Assembly: GCA_016189025.1 (NCBI GenBank)
Contig: JACPGS010000004.1
Coordinates: 1-57,422 of the forward strand
Direction of reading: 5' to 3'
Origin: Candidatus Magasanikiibacteriota bacterium
GTDB taxonomy: Bacteria; Patescibacteriota; Patescibacteriia; Magasanikbacterales; GWA2-37-8
Length of the DNA: 57,422 nt
Part shown: positions 38,273-48,228 of the stretch, one piece after another
How the letters are laid out: each line of letters opens with the position of its first letter
How positions within the stretch are numbered: the stretch's first letter is position 1
Translations under genes and position numbers: made by a program
Notes under the pieces: generated by a model
Databases searched by the model: none
Told to the model about the DNA's origin: nothing
Seen by the model: only the letters and a program-made list of their open reading frames with translations

Positions 38273-38791
38273 TTAGGCTGACGCGATTGCTGCCGAGGAC
38301 TTGGCAGCCGCCCCGGCCGCCCGCTTAAAACTCTTTAAAGCGGCAAAGGTCGCCTTGACAATGGCAATTTTATTTTTGGTGCGGCCGATGATTTTCGCCG
38401 AAACATTGGGCACGCCGGCTAATTCCAGCGCTGCCCGCACCGCGCCGCCGGCAATCAGCCCCGCGCCTTCCGGCGCCGGCTTGAGCATTACCTTGGCCGC
38501 TTTATACTTTTTAATCACCGCATGGGGAATAGTGCCTTTTACTAGCGGCAGAGAAATAATCTGTTTTTTGGCCTGGTGCAGGGCTTTTTCCACGGCTAAT
38601 TGCACGTCAGCGCCCTTGGCCACGCCGTATCCCACCCGCCCCTTGCGGTCGCCGATTAACAAACAAACCCGAAAATTCATCTGCTTGCCGCCCTCGGTAA
38701 CGCGGGTAACGCGGGCTAAATCTAAAATATACTGCTCATACGGCGATTTTTCTTCGCCGCGTCTTTCTCCTCGAAAAAATTGTCGGGGCAT
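38273..38791 (-). CDS. rpsE: 30S ribosomal protein uS5
   Basis: RVTRVTEGG, LKPAPEGAGLIAGG. Confidence 0.96.
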   Translation of the reverse strand: MPRQFFRGERRGEEKSPYEQYILDLARVTRVTEGGKQMNFRVCLLIGDRKGRVGYGVAKGADVQLAVEKALHQAKKQIISLPLVKGTIPHAVIKKYKAAKVMLKPAPEGAGLIAGGAVRAALELAGVPNVSAKIIGRTKNKIAIVKATFAALKSFKRAAGAAAKSSAAIASA

Positions 38792-38808
38792 AAATTTTAT
38801 GCTGTCAA

Positions 38809-39183
38809 TTAGAATTGAAGTCCGCCGGCGCGCGCGCCTTCGGCCACCGCCGCTACCCGGCCGTGATAAAGATAGCCGCCGCGGTCAAACACTACCCGGC
38901 GAATTCCCTGGCGTTCCGCTGCCTCGGCCAGCCGCTGACCGACCAGATAAGCGGCTGCCACTTTGGCGGTTTTCCCTGCCACCGGTGCGGCCGCGATCTG
39001 GATACTGCTGGCCGCCGCCAAAGTCCGCCCGGTCGTGTCGTCAATCAGCTGGGCCACGGTGTGGCGCAACCCCCGGAATACCGACAGGCGCGGCTGCACG
39101 GCCGTGCCACGCTGCCTGGCGCGGCCCCGGGCATGTCTAATCGCCCGTCGTTCGCGTTTGGTATTATGATACAATCGCTTCAT
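38809..39183 (-). CDS. rplR: 50S ribosomal protein uL18
   Basis: [19 protein letters not shown]. Confidence 0.96.
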   Translation of the reverse strand: MKRLYHNTKRERRAIRHARGRARQRGTAVQPRLSVFRGLRHTVAQLIDDTTGRTLAAASSIQIAAAPVAGKTAKVAAAYLVGQRLAEAAERQGIRRVVFDRGGYLYHGRVAAVAEGARAGGLQF

Positions 39184-39212
39184 AGAATCAAAGAAGAGCT
39201 AACCGGCCTTGG

Positions 39213-39764
39213 CTAAGCGGCCGCGGTTTTTGCCGCGGTCTTGCCGGCTTTGCGCCGGATTACTTCTTCCCCATACTTAATGCCTTTGCCTTTATAAGGC
39301 TCGGGTTTTTTTGTTGCCCGGATTTCCGCTGCCAGCTGCCCTACCGCCTGTTTATCCGGCCCGGCAACGGTAATAATATTCTTTTCTACCTTAAAACTCA
39401 CTCCGGCGCGGGGAGGAATTACTATCGGGTGCGACAAGCCGATTTCCAGGGCCAATTCGCTGCCGCGCAAGGTTGCCTTATACCCCACCCCGCTAATCTC
39501 CAGCTGGCGGCTGAATCCAGCCGTCACGCCGGTAATCATATTGCCGATTAAACTGGAAATAGTGCCCCACAACGCCCGCTGCCGGGTATTGTCGGTTTCT
39601 TTAATCTCTACGGCGAGCGTGCGGTCGCGCTGAATCACCTTCACTCCGGCGGGCAAAGCTAACGACAGCTCCCCTTTCGGGCCTTTAATCAGAAGCTCGG
39701 TATCTTTAATCTCGGCGGAAACGCCCGGCGGTAAGGGATGAATTTTTTTGCCGATTCTGGACAT
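39213..39764 (-). CDS. rplF: 50S ribosomal protein uL6
   Basis: MSRIGK, PEPYKGKGIKY. Confidence 0.97.
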   Translation of the reverse strand: MSRIGKKIHPLPPGVSAEIKDTELLIKGPKGELSLALPAGVKVIQRDRTLAVEIKETDNTRQRALWGTISSLIGNMITGVTAGFSRQLEISGVGYKATLRGSELALEIGLSHPIVIPPRAGVSFKVEKNIITVAGPDKQAVGQLAAEIRATKKPEPYKGKGIKYGEEVIRRKAGKTAAKTAAA

Positions 39765-39767
39765 AAT

Positions 39768-40157
39768 TCAATAAATTTCACACAATACTTCACCGCCCAC
39801 TCCCAGTTCCCGCGCTTCCCGGTCGGTCAATAGCCCGCGCGGCGTAGAAATAATAGCGAGTCCCCGCCCCTGCAACACCGGCCGCAGGGCGGCGCGTTTA
39901 ACATAACGACGGCTACCGGGCTTGCTCACCCGCGCCAGGTGCGTCGCCGCCGGCGCTCCCTCTTCGTACTTAAGCGTCAGCATCAATTCCGGCCGCGGCG
40001 CCCGGGATTCTTCGGCCGCCGCCAAATATCCGGTCCGCACCAGAATATCCGCCAGTCTTTTTTTCAGCCGGGAAAACGGCACCGTCACCTGGTGTTTACG
40101 CGCCCGCTGTCCGTTGCGGATGCGGGTTAAAAAATCAGCAATAGGGTCGGTCATCAT
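39768..40157 (-). CDS. rpsH: 30S ribosomal protein uS8
   Basis: DPIADFLTRIRN, SKPGSRRY, GGEVLC. Confidence 0.97.
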   Translation of the reverse strand: MMTDPIADFLTRIRNGQRARKHQVTVPFSRLKKRLADILVRTGYLAAAEESRAPRPELMLTLKYEEGAPAATHLARVSKPGSRRYVKRAALRPVLQGRGLAIISTPRGLLTDREARELGVGGEVLCEIY

Positions 40158-40197
40158 AATAATAATTTCGTCAAACGATTGGCGATAAACTTAAATT

Positions 40198-40383
40198 TTA
40201 CCAGCTGCTCTTGCGCACTCCCGGAATCAATCCCTGATTAGCCAATTCCCGGAAACAAATGCGGCAAAGCCGGAATCGCCGTAAAAATCCGCGGCGCCGC
40301 CCGCAGCGGAAACACCGCCGCACTACCCGGGTGGTAAATTTGGGGCGACGCTTGGATTTGGCAATTTGCGCAGTAGTGGCCAT
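40198..40383 (-). CDS. rpsN: 30S ribosomal protein uS14 (zinc-binding type)
   Basis: RCFRCGR...[16 protein letters not shown]. Confidence 0.96.
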   Translation of the reverse strand: MATTAQIAKSKRRPKFTTRVVRRCFRCGRRRGFLRRFRLCRICFRELANQGLIPGVRKSSW

Positions 40384-40390
40384 AAATAAA

Positions 40391-40948
40391 TTACTTACTG
40401 GTCAAGCTCTTGGCAAGCGGAAAACCTAAAGCCGCCAGCAGGGCGCGCCCCGCTTCCGGGTCCCGGGCGGTAGTGTGGACAATTACCTGCACGCCGTGTA
40501 ACTTGTCAACATCTTCCATCGTTACTTCCGGGAACGCCGTATGTTCCTTAAACCCTAAAGTATAATTCCCTTGGCCGTCAAAACTGCGGGGCGAGAGTCC
40601 GCGAAAATCGCGCACCCGCGGCAAAGTTACCCGCAGGAGTTTCTCTAAAAAATCATACATCCGGCTCCCCCGCAAGGTGACCATTACCCCGATTTCCTGC
40701 CCTTCCCTAATCTTAAAATTAGAGATGGATTTTTTGGCCCGGGTGCGCACCGCTTTTTGCCCGGTAATTTTCGTCAAAGTTTTTTCCACCTGCTCCAAAA
40801 ACCCAGGTACCTTAATAGTTTTGCCGACGCCGGCGTTCACTACCACCTTCACCACCCGCGGCACCTGCCACCGGTTGCGCAACCGCAGCGTCTGCTGCAG
40901 CGCCGGCACCAGTTCGGTCTGAAATTTTTTACGCAAATTGTTAGGCAT
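40391..40948 (-). CDS. rplE: 50S ribosomal protein uL5
   Basis: [20 protein letters not shown]. Confidence 0.97.
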   Translation of the reverse strand: MPNNLRKKFQTELVPALQQTLRLRNRWQVPRVVKVVVNAGVGKTIKVPGFLEQVEKTLTKITGQKAVRTRAKKSISNFKIREGQEIGVMVTLRGSRMYDFLEKLLRVTLPRVRDFRGLSPRSFDGQGNYTLGFKEHTAFPEVTMEDVDKLHGVQVIVHTTARDPEAGRALLAALGFPLAKSLTSK

Positions 40949-40951
40949 AAA

Positions 40952-41257
40952 TTAGATAGTCTCTTGGCATTTGCGGCACGCCCGCAATTTAACTCCGCCT
41001 TCCCGCCGGTAACCTACCCGGGTGGCTTTGCTGCATTTAGGGCACACCAGCGCCACATTAGCCACCGGCACCGGGGCAAATAATTCCAATACCTGGCCTT
41101 TCTCCGAGCGGCTTTTGGCGCGCAGATGGCGTTTTATTTTATTGGTTCCTTCCACCACCACCCGCCGCTCGGTCGCCAATACCTGAATCACTTTGCCGCT
41201 TTTGCCGCGGTCTTTGCCGGTAGTTATTTTTACCGTATCGCCGGTTTTAATTCGCAT
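40952..41257 (-). CDS. rplX: 50S ribosomal protein uL24
   Basis: [17 protein letters not shown] motif. Confidence 0.96.
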   Translation of the reverse strand: MRIKTGDTVKITTGKDRGKSGKVIQVLATERRVVVEGTNKIKRHLRAKSRSEKGQVLELFAPVPVANVALVCPKCSKATRVGYRREGGVKLRACRKCQETI

Positions 41258-41278
41258 ATGCTTGGAATTTGATTGATT

Positions 41279-41330
41279 TAGAACTTTCGCGTTTGAGCGC
41301 AGTTCTAGGCGCTCAAACGCGAAAGTTCTA
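41279..41330. repeat. Perfect 22-bp-stem palindrome in the rplN-rplX spacer
   Basis: TAGAACTTTCGCGTTTGAGCGC / GCGCTCAAACGCGAAAGTTCTA; the CGCGTTTG core resembles family C ends. Confidence 0.8.
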
Positions 41331-41333
41331 TGA

Positions 41334-41705
41334 TCATACTACCTCCGGAGCCAGGGAGATAATCGGCTGGAACCCCCGCGCCCGCAGTTCCCGGGCTACC
41401 GGCCCAAAAATGCGCGTGCCCCGGGGTTCCCGGGTTTTCCGGTCCACAATCACCGCCGCATTATCGTCAAAGCGCAGGTAAGTGCCGTCGGGGCGGCGCG
41501 TTTCTTTGTGGGTGCGCACAATTACCGCGTGCACTACTTCGCTTTTCTTTACCAGGCCGCGCGGCGCCGCTTCTTTTACTACCGCCGTCACCATGTCGCC
41601 CAACCGGGCATAGCGCTTGCGATAGCCGTCCAGCACGCGAATACACTGGAGTTTTTTGGCTCCGGTGTTATCGGCTACTACTAACATGGTGCGGTGTTGA
41701 ATCAT
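41334..41705 (-). CDS. rplN: 50S ribosomal protein uL14
   Basis: [23 protein letters not shown]. Confidence 0.97.
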   Translation of the reverse strand: MIQHRTMLVVADNTGAKKLQCIRVLDGYRKRYARLGDMVTAVVKEAAPRGLVKKSEVVHAVIVRTHKETRRPDGTYLRFDDNAAVIVDRKTREPRGTRIFGPVARELRARGFQPIISLAPEVV

Positions 41706-41737
41706 ATCCTAAAGTATTAAGCGCGCGGGGCAGGGCG

Positions 41738-42010
41738 TTAGGCAAGAGGCGTTAAAACTTTCACTAACCGCCAGCGTTTAGTTTTGGAGAGCGGACGACA
41801 CTCGGCAAAAGTAACTAGCTGGCCCGCTTTGGCTTCGCCGCGCTCGTCGTGCACCTGGTACTTGCGGCTCACCCGGTATTTTTTATGATATTTAGGATGC
41901 AGACGAAAACGGTCCACCCGCACGGTAATCGTTTTGGGGGCCTTAGCGCTGATTACGGCGCCCTGGAAAGTACGATGAGGCGCCAAAGAAGCGGCGGCGG
42001 TATTAGTCAT
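41738..42010 (-). CDS. rpsQ: 30S ribosomal protein uS17
   Basis: HPKY, ECRPLSKTKRW. Confidence 0.96.
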   Translation of the reverse strand: MTNTAAASLAPHRTFQGAVISAKAPKTITVRVDRFRLHPKYHKKYRVSRKYQVHDERGEAKAGQLVTFAECRPLSKTKRWRLVKVLTPLA

Positions 42011-42026
42011 ACTGTTTTGCTAATGT

Positions 42027-42224
42027 CTAACCAGTAGTTGACTGGCGCTCTTTAAGAATAGTTAAACTGCGGGCAATGTCTTTACGCAATTGGCGTAGCC
42101 GGTGCGCCTGCTTAAAAGCTCCCGTGCGCGAGCGCAGGCGCAGCTGATGCAGTTCCTGCCGCGCCGCCGTTAACGCCTGATTAAGCTCGGCAGTGCTCTG
42201 ATTGCGCAATTCCTTAATTGACAT
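42027..42224 (-). CDS. rpmC: 50S ribosomal protein uL29
   Basis: KELR, LRKDIAR; position. Confidence 0.93.
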   Translation of the reverse strand: MSIKELRNQSTAELNQALTAARQELHQLRLRSRTGAFKQAHRLRQLRKDIARSLTILKERQSTTG

Positions 42225-42247
42225 AAATCGTTGATAATAAAGGGGCG

Positions 42248-42664
42248 TTAGGCGGCAGATTCCACTAAACGCGTCGGTACGCCGAATTTATGCCCGGCTA
42301 ATAATAGCGCCTCCCGCGCCTGGGGGCCGGCCACGCCTACCATCTCCAATAAAACTGTCCCGGGCTTTACCACCGCTACATAATGATCCGGCGCTCCTTT
42401 GCCGCCCCCCATGGGAATTTCGTTGCCTTTTTTGGTAACCGGTTTATCGGGGAACACCCGAATCCAGATTTTGCCGCCGCGCCGGACATAGCGGGTAAGC
42501 ACGCGGCGCGCCGCTTCCAGCTGGCGGCTGGTTACCCAGGCGTGGCCCAGCGCCTTCAGGCCATGATTACCGAAAGCCAGACGCCCGGCGCGGCTGGCAA
42601 TCCCCTTCCCGCGCCGCCGCCCTTTGTGCCATTTGCGGTGTTGTACTTTTTTCGGTAATAACAT
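42248..42664 (-). CDS. rplP: 50S ribosomal protein uL16
   Basis: [28 protein letters not shown]. Confidence 0.97.
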   Translation of the reverse strand: MLLPKKVQHRKWHKGRRRGKGIASRAGRLAFGNHGLKALGHAWVTSRQLEAARRVLTRYVRRGGKIWIRVFPDKPVTKKGNEIPMGGGKGAPDHYVAVVKPGTVLLEMVGVAGPQAREALLLAGHKFGVPTRLVESAA

Positions 42665-42667
42665 ATT

Positions 42668-42750
42668 GAGACTAGAGAAGAACGCCGTCTTTATTTCCCG
42701 CTCTGCCGCGCCCTAATGCTAACTTGCTATTCCTATTCTTCTTTAGTCTC
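42668..42750. mobile_element. Internally deleted MITE family A copy between rpsC and rplP
   Basis: GAGACTAGAGAAGAA/TTCTTCTTTAGTCTC ends with an ATATT direct repeat. Confidence 0.75.
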
Positions 42751-42756
42751 ATATTG

Positions 42757-43452
42757 TTAATTCGCCCGCCGGCGGCGGCTGGGAGCCGCGGCCCGGGCCT
42801 CAAACCGGTCGGAGCGCGCAAACGATTCGCCCCGATAAACCCAGACTTTAATGCCGATTTTGCCGTATACGGTGTGCGCTTCGGCAAAAGCATAATCTAC
42901 GTTGCTGCGCATGGTAATGAGCGACATTTTGCCGGCCGCGAGCTTCTCCCGCCGGGCAATTTCCACGCCGTTCAGCCGCCCGGACATTTTTATCTTCACC
43001 CCCAGGGCGCCGCCGGACATCACCCGTTCAATCGTATGCTTCATCACGCGGCGGAACGGCATCCGTTTCTCAATATCCAAGGCAGCCTGGGCCGCGACAA
43101 TCGCCGCCGACAGCTGGGGATGCTCCACTGCCTGGATATTCAGGGACACCCGCTGCTTAAAACGCATCATTTTGCGCTCAATCGATTTGCGCAGCAATTC
43201 TATCCCCTGCCCGCCGCGGCCGATTACTACTCCGGGCTTGCCTACCAACAAGGTGAGCTTCACTTCTTTGGGGGAGCGCTCAATGCTGATGCCGTCTAAT
43301 CCGGCGTCTTTTAATTTGGCGGTTAGCCAATCGCGAATCGCTACCTCCTGCTCCAACAGAGCGGCCAGTTGATCTTTGCGCGCAAACCAGCGCGAATCCC
43401 ACAGGTGGAGCGCGGGGGTGCGGTAAATGACCGGATGAACTTTGTGTCCCAT
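42757..43452 (-). CDS. rpsC: 30S ribosomal protein uS3
   Basis: MGHKVHP, KPGVVIGRGG, SGRLNGVEIAR. Confidence 0.97.
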   Translation of the reverse strand: MGHKVHPVIYRTPALHLWDSRWFARKDQLAALLEQEVAIRDWLTAKLKDAGLDGISIERSPKEVKLTLLVGKPGVVIGRGGQGIELLRKSIERKMMRFKQRVSLNIQAVEHPQLSAAIVAAQAALDIEKRMPFRRVMKHTIERVMSGGALGVKIKMSGRLNGVEIARREKLAAGKMSLITMRSNVDYAFAEAHTVYGKIGIKVWVYRGESFARSDRFEARAAAPSRRRRAN

Positions 43453-43490
43453 AAAGATGAAATTGTCATTCCCGTGTAAACGGGAATCCA

Positions 43491-43850
43491 CTATGATTGC
43501 GGCGCGGCCGTTCTGCGGCGCGGCGCCAAAACCAGCTTGACGTGGCTGGTGCGCTCGCGGATCGGAGTCGCCCGGCCGTGCGCCCGCGGGGTCCAGCGCT
43601 TTAATACCGGCCCCCCGTCTACGGTAATGGCGCGCACTACCAGGGTATCCGGATCCAGCTTAAAATTGTGCTGCGCATTGGCGACCGCCGAATTTAACAG
43701 CTTCAACAGGGGACGCGCCGCCCGTTTATTCAGGTGGGTCAAGGCCGCGATGGCCCGCGCCACGGTTTTGCCGCGGATTAAATCGGCCACCAGCCGCACC
43801 TTGCGGGGGCTTTGCCGGTAATAGCGCAACTGAGCGTCAACTAAAGTCAT
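43491..43850 (-). CDS. rplV: 50S ribosomal protein uL22
   Basis: SPRKVRLVADLIRG, PRAHGRA. Confidence 0.96.
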   Translation of the reverse strand: MTLVDAQLRYYRQSPRKVRLVADLIRGKTVARAIAALTHLNKRAARPLLKLLNSAVANAQHNFKLDPDTLVVRAITVDGGPVLKRWTPRAHGRATPIRERTSHVKLVLAPRRRTAAPQS

Positions 43851-43863
43851 AATACCAACTAAC

Positions 43864-44196
43864 TTACTTCTTGGAGCCGGCCGCCGGAGCCGGGGTGGCA
43901 GCCGCGGCGGCGGCTTTGGCCTCCTGTTCTTTCTGCATCTTGCCGCCGTGGCGGATAAATTTGCGGGTAGGCGAAAATTCACCCAGCCGGTGGCCTACCA
44001 TATTTTCTTCCACCAAAACGTCAATAAAATTCTTGCCGTTATGCACCGCAAAAGTTATTCCCACCATTTCCGGGGTAATGGTGCAGGCGCGCGACCAGGT
44101 TTTAATCGGCGCGCGCTTGCCGGTTGCTTTCTGCGCCCGCACTTTTTTCAGCACGCGCTCGTCTAGGTAAGGGCCTTTTTTAAGACTGCGAGACAT
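43864..44196 (-). CDS. rpsS: 30S ribosomal protein uS19 (Ala-rich C-terminal tail)
   Basis: [22 protein letters not shown]. Confidence 0.97.
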   Translation of the reverse strand: MSRSLKKGPYLDERVLKKVRAQKATGKRAPIKTWSRACTITPEMVGITFAVHNGKNFIDVLVEENMVGHRLGEFSPTRKFIRHGGKMQKEQEAKAAAAAATPAPAAGSKK

Positions 44197-44206
44197 ATCG
44201 GCTTAA

Positions 44207-45043
44207 TTAACCTTTTCTAGGTTTAATGATGAATTTATTGCTCCACTTGTTGCGCCGGCGCCCCAATACCCCGCGCGCCTTTTTGCCGTAAACCGTCATC
44301 GGGCCGCGCCGCTGGCCGATGGGGCTGTGCCCCTCGCCGCCGCCGTGCGGATGGTCAACCGGATTCATATTTTTCCCCTTCACGGTGGGGCGGATGCCGC
44401 GATGACGCACCCGCCCGGCCTTGCCCCAGCGAATCAAGCGGTGGTCCGGATTGCTTAAAGTTCCCAAAGAAGCGGCGCAGGCTTTGGCGACCTGGCGAAT
44501 TTCGCCGGAAGGGAGTTTCAGCTGGGCATATTCGCCCTCTACTCCCAATAATTCCGCGGCCAGCCCAGCCCCGCGCGCCAACACTCCGCCGCCGCCGGGA
44601 GTAAGTTCAATATTATGCAGGGGAATCCCGGGGGGAATAAATTCCAGAGGCATCCGATTGCCGATTTTCGCTTCGGTTGCCCCCCGCGCTGAACTTACCG
44701 TGGCGCCGGGCGCCAGACTATCCGGGGCAAGAATATACGACTTAACGCCGTCGGCATATTGAATCAGGGCAATGCGGGCGCTGCGGTAAGGGTCGTATTC
44801 AATCGCCTGGACTGTCGCCGGTACATCATAACGCTGTTGCTTAAAATCTACCAGCCGATACAAGCGTTTGGCGCCGCCGCCGCGGTGCCGCACCGTAATG
44901 CGGCCCTGGTTATTGCGGCCGGAGCGCGGTTGCAGACGCACTATCAGCGATTTCTCCGGCTCCTGCTTGGTAATGTCAAGCCGGGCGTCGGCGCTGGCTA
45001 GCCGTCGGCCGCTGGTGGTGGGGCGGTATTGCTTCAAAGGCAT
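44207..45043 (-). CDS. rplB: 50S ribosomal protein uL2
   Basis: GRNNQGRITVRHRGGG, MNPVDHPHGGGEG. Confidence 0.98.
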   Translation of the reverse strand: MPLKQYRPTTSGRRLASADARLDITKQEPEKSLIVRLQPRSGRNNQGRITVRHRGGGAKRLYRLVDFKQQRYDVPATVQAIEYDPYRSARIALIQYADGVKSYILAPDSLAPGATVSSARGATEAKIGNRMPLEFIPPGIPLHNIELTPGGGGVLARGAGLAAELLGVEGEYAQLKLPSGEIRQVAKACAASLGTLSNPDHRLIRWGKAGRVRHRGIRPTVKGKNMNPVDHPHGGGEGHSPIGQRRGPMTVYGKKARGVLGRRRNKWSNKFIIKPRKG

Positions 45044-45044
45044 A

Positions 45045-45503
45045 TTATACTCCTTCGTGCAGGGCAAGCGTGACGCCGGAGGGCAAAATAACAATGGCTT
45101 TTTTGGTATCGCGCCGGGTGCCGGCCATCCGGCCGAACCGGACTGCCTTCCCTAACTGATGCATTACCCGCACTGCCCGGGGACGCACGCCATACAGCTC
45201 TTCCACAGCGCGGGTAATTTCACTCTTGGTGGCACTCCGGCTGACCAAAAAAGTATACTGGCCGCGACTCTCGCCCCGGGCCGATTTTTCGGTTACCAGG
45301 GGTCGCACTATTACTTCCGTGGTGCGCCGGCTGACGGCACGGGGGGCAGCCGCGGCTTGATGCTCCGCCGGAGGCAGTGCGGGCGCCGACGGCGCGGGCG
45401 CTGCTTGCCGCGGCGCCTGCTCTTTTTTGCCGGACGCCGGCGCTGCCTGGCTCTGCAGCTGGGTTCGGGCTTTCTTTTTAAACCACCGATCAAGTAATCC
45501 CAT
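45045..45503 (-). CDS. rplW: 50S ribosomal protein uL23 with N-terminal extension
   Basis: RPLVTEKS, YTFLV, KKAIV core preceded by about 60 extra residues. Confidence 0.94.
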   Translation of the reverse strand: MGLLDRWFKKKARTQLQSQAAPASGKKEQAPRQAAPAPSAPALPPAEHQAAAAPRAVSRRTTEVIVRPLVTEKSARGESRGQYTFLVSRSATKSEITRAVEELYGVRPRAVRVMHQLGKAVRFGRMAGTRRDTKKAIVILPSGVTLALHEGV

Positions 45504-45544
45504 ACTTCTTGCTGATTACTGAATCTGCTGATTGCTTATGATAA

Positions 45545-46177
45545 TTACTTCTTCTTCAACAACGTCTCTAACTTCCTAATTCCTTCCACCGTAGTGATCA
45601 CTGCCTGCCGGTTCACAATATCCTTTACCGACACATCTTCGGCCCGTTGTACGCTAACCTGGCGCAAATTCCGCCCCATCCGCATTACGCCCAGGTGCCG
45701 GCCCGGGGTAAGAATTAACCATGTCCGCGGCGCCTGCGGCAGGGCCCCGAGCAAGCTGACCAATAATTTGGTCTTGGGTTCGGCAAAAGAAAACTGCTGC
45801 AGCACGTACAAGGCTTTTTCTTTAACGCGGGCCGACAGCGCCATGCGGGTCGCCAGGCGCCGCTCCGTACGGTTAATCTTCAAGTGATAATGGCGCACGT
45901 TGCGCGGGCCAAAAGTGACGCCGCCGCCTTTCCAGATCGGGGAACGGATGGAACCGTGCCGGGCGCGTCCGGTGCCTTTTTGGCGCCAGGGTTTGCGTCC
46001 GCCGCCCCGCACCTCGCCGCGCGTTTTGGTGTGCGCCCAGGGCTCGCGCTCGCGCGCCTGCTGGGCTACCAGCACCGAATGCAGCACCGCCGGCTTTACC
46101 CGGACCTTAAAAATCTCATCGGCCGCTTCCATTTCTTCTACCGGCTGACCGGTTAAATTATACACGGGTAACTTCAT
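45545..46177 (-). CDS. rplD: 50S ribosomal protein uL4
   Basis: GGGRKPWRQKGTGRARHGS. Confidence 0.97.
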   Translation of the reverse strand: MKLPVYNLTGQPVEEMEAADEIFKVRVKPAVLHSVLVAQQAREREPWAHTKTRGEVRGGGRKPWRQKGTGRARHGSIRSPIWKGGGVTFGPRNVRHYHLKINRTERRLATRMALSARVKEKALYVLQQFSFAEPKTKLLVSLLGALPQAPRTWLILTPGRHLGVMRMGRNLRQVSVQRAEDVSVKDIVNRQAVITTVEGIRKLETLLKKK

Positions 46178-46944
46178 ACGGTTGATACGGGAGCGGCTTC
46201 GGCCGGGGCCGGAGACTCGGCGGGCGCGGAGGACTTAACTTCTACTCCGCCCGACTCGGTAACCGGCGCCGCTGCCGCGGAAACTGATTCAGAGGCGGCC
46301 GCGGCGGGAATGGCGGATTGTGTTTTCAGCTCTCCGGCGGCATAAATTTCCAACAGCCCCTCGCGCGCGCCCGGCAAGGCCCCTTTGATAGATAATTCAT
46401 TGATTTCCGGGTGAATTTCCACAATTTCTAAATTTTTAACGGTTACCTGGTCGCCGCCCAGCCGGCCGGCCATGCGGCGGCCTTTAAACACCCGCTGCAC
46501 CCCGCCGGCGCCGATGCTCCCCGGCGCGCGCAAATTGTCTTTGTGCCCGTGGCTGGCCGGGCCGCCGGCAAAATGATGGCGCTTAACCACACCGGCAAAA
46601 CCTTTGCCCTTGGATACGCCGGTAACCGTTACCCGGTCGCCAACGGCAAACGTTTCCACGGTGATAAAATCGCCGCGCTTAATTGCTACCCCTGATTCCA
46701 GGGGGAAATCGCGCAAATGGCGCACTGCCGGTAATCCCTTAAGATGCCCGGCCTGGGGTTTAGCGAGGCGGAAGGCGGGAATGGCTCCCCAGCCGATCTG
46801 CACCGCCGCCGCGCTCTTTTGGCCGGCGGCTTTTACCTGCACCACCGGGCACGGCCCTGCCTGCACCCGCGTTACCGGCACCACTTCGCTAAGGCCCCGG
46901 AATACCTGCGTCATCCCTAATTTTTTGCCCAGAATAAACTTCAT
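46174..46944 (-). CDS. rplC: 50S ribosomal protein uL3 (Ala/Pro-rich C-terminal tail)
   Basis: GKKLGMTQ, SKGKGFAGVVKR, RAPGSIG. Confidence 0.97.
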   Translation of the reverse strand: MKFILGKKLGMTQVFRGLSEVVPVTRVQAGPCPVVQVKAAGQKSAAAVQIGWGAIPAFRLAKPQAGHLKGLPAVRHLRDFPLESGVAIKRGDFITVETFAVGDRVTVTGVSKGKGFAGVVKRHHFAGGPASHGHKDNLRAPGSIGAGGVQRVFKGRRMAGRLGGDQVTVKNLEIVEIHPEINELSIKGALPGAREGLLEIYAAGELKTQSAIPAAAASESVSAAAAPVTESGGVEVKSSAPAESPAPAEAAPVSTV

Positions 46945-46957
46945 ACCCAGTGTTAAC

Positions 46958-47050
46958 AAAAAACTAGAAGCGCTTACCGGGGTTAACTCACCCCCGCAAA
47001 CGCTTCTAGCCTTTATTCCCGATAAAACGGGATGGACCTCGCGCCAACGG
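46958..47050 (-). promoter_or_regulatory. Structured leader with terminator hairpin directly upstream of rplC
   Basis: CTAGAAGCG...CGCTTCTAG-TTTTTT ending about 13 nt before the rplC ATG. Confidence 0.6.
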
Positions 47051-47176
47051 CGAGATAATTAAAGGCTTGAGTTGATAGACAATAATTTTTCAATTCTTTC
47101 GGCTATCGCTTTTCGCCTCAATGGTTTCCTAGGGACCTTATTGAGAAAAAGCAATTAGCGGCAGAAATTTTTGACT

Positions 47177-47611
47177 CTATTGCAAATCTTTTACTAATTC
47201 CGCAATCGCCTGATAATCTGGTAAATTACTAACCTCCGGCTTATTCCACTTGTCTGGGTCAATCACCTCCTGTAGCGCCTGCTGCAAACGTTCCCGATGC
47301 ATTTTTACTTCCTGATCGGAAACCCAGGGCACATCAACTTCCTTGCCACCTCTGCTTTCTGTTCTCTCCGTTTCTAGCCACCTCCGTATCTCGACAACGG
47401 CCTGACTAACAGTGATGGCATTATACTCGGCTAAAGTTTTAGTATCATTAGGGGGCGGCATACCGCCAAATACCTCCCGCCAATTTATCGGGACCCTCGG
47501 ATTGGCCATGAAGCCAAGTTTGGCAATTAACAAATTCACCAGCGTGGAAAAATTCAATGCGGTTTCTTTCCCTGCTGCCTCTCTGCCTTCCTGGCGTGTT
47601 TCTCGTATCAT
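47177..47611 (-). CDS. Hypothetical protein between rpsJ and rplC
   Basis: 144-aa ORF, no family recognised. Confidence 0.6.
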   Translation of the reverse strand: MIRETRQEGREAAGKETALNFSTLVNLLIAKLGFMANPRVPINWREVFGGMPPPNDTKTLAEYNAITVSQAVVEIRRWLETERTESRGGKEVDVPWVSDQEVKMHRERLQQALQEVIDPDKWNKPEVSNLPDYQAIAELVKDLQ

Positions 47612-47736
47612 ATTTTTTACGTAATCTGTTTCCGCCTCTATTCAAGAACCGCTTCCGCGTTTATCCGCGTTGCTGCCCGCCTCGACTCGCTGAACGAGTT
47701 TCGGCAAGGCAGATCCGCGTTTATCCGCTTCTACAT

Positions 47737-48228
47737 TTACATCTTCACCTCCACATCCACCCCGGCCGGCAGCTGCAGGCTCATCAGGGCGTCCAGGCAC
47801 TTGGGGCTGGCGTTGATAATGTCCACCAGCCGCTTGTGCACCCGCATTTCAAACTGTTCGCGCGCATTTTTGTGGACAAAGGTGGAGCGGTTGACGGTAA
47901 TTTTTACCTTTTCCGTGGGCAGCGGCACCGGCCCCACCACCCGCGCTTCGTAGCGCTCGGCGGTTTCCACTATGGTGCGCGTGGCCTGGTCAATAATGCG
48001 GTGGTCGTAGGCGCGGATTTTTACCCGAATCCGGCTTACCGGCTCCTCGCGCTTTTCCGGCTTAACCGGCGCTTTAGCGGACTTGAGATCGGCCGGCGCT
48101 GCCGATACTTCTGATACTCCTGATTTTTTCACCCCGGCTTTTTTCGGAGCTGGCTTAGACCGAGCCGCTTTAGCTGGTTTAGCCGCGGCCGGACGCGCCG
48201 CTTTGGTGGTGCTGGTAGCAGGGGTCAT
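47737..48228 (-). CDS. rpsJ: 30S ribosomal protein uS10 with Ala/Lys/Pro-rich N-terminal extension
   Basis: [29 protein letters not shown]. Confidence 0.96.
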   Translation of the reverse strand: MTPATSTTKAARPAAAKPAKAARSKPAPKKAGVKKSGVSEVSAAPADLKSAKAPVKPEKREEPVSRIRVKIRAYDHRIIDQATRTIVETAERYEARVVGPVPLPTEKVKITVNRSTFVHKNAREQFEMRVHKRLVDIINASPKCLDALMSLQLPAGVDVEVKM

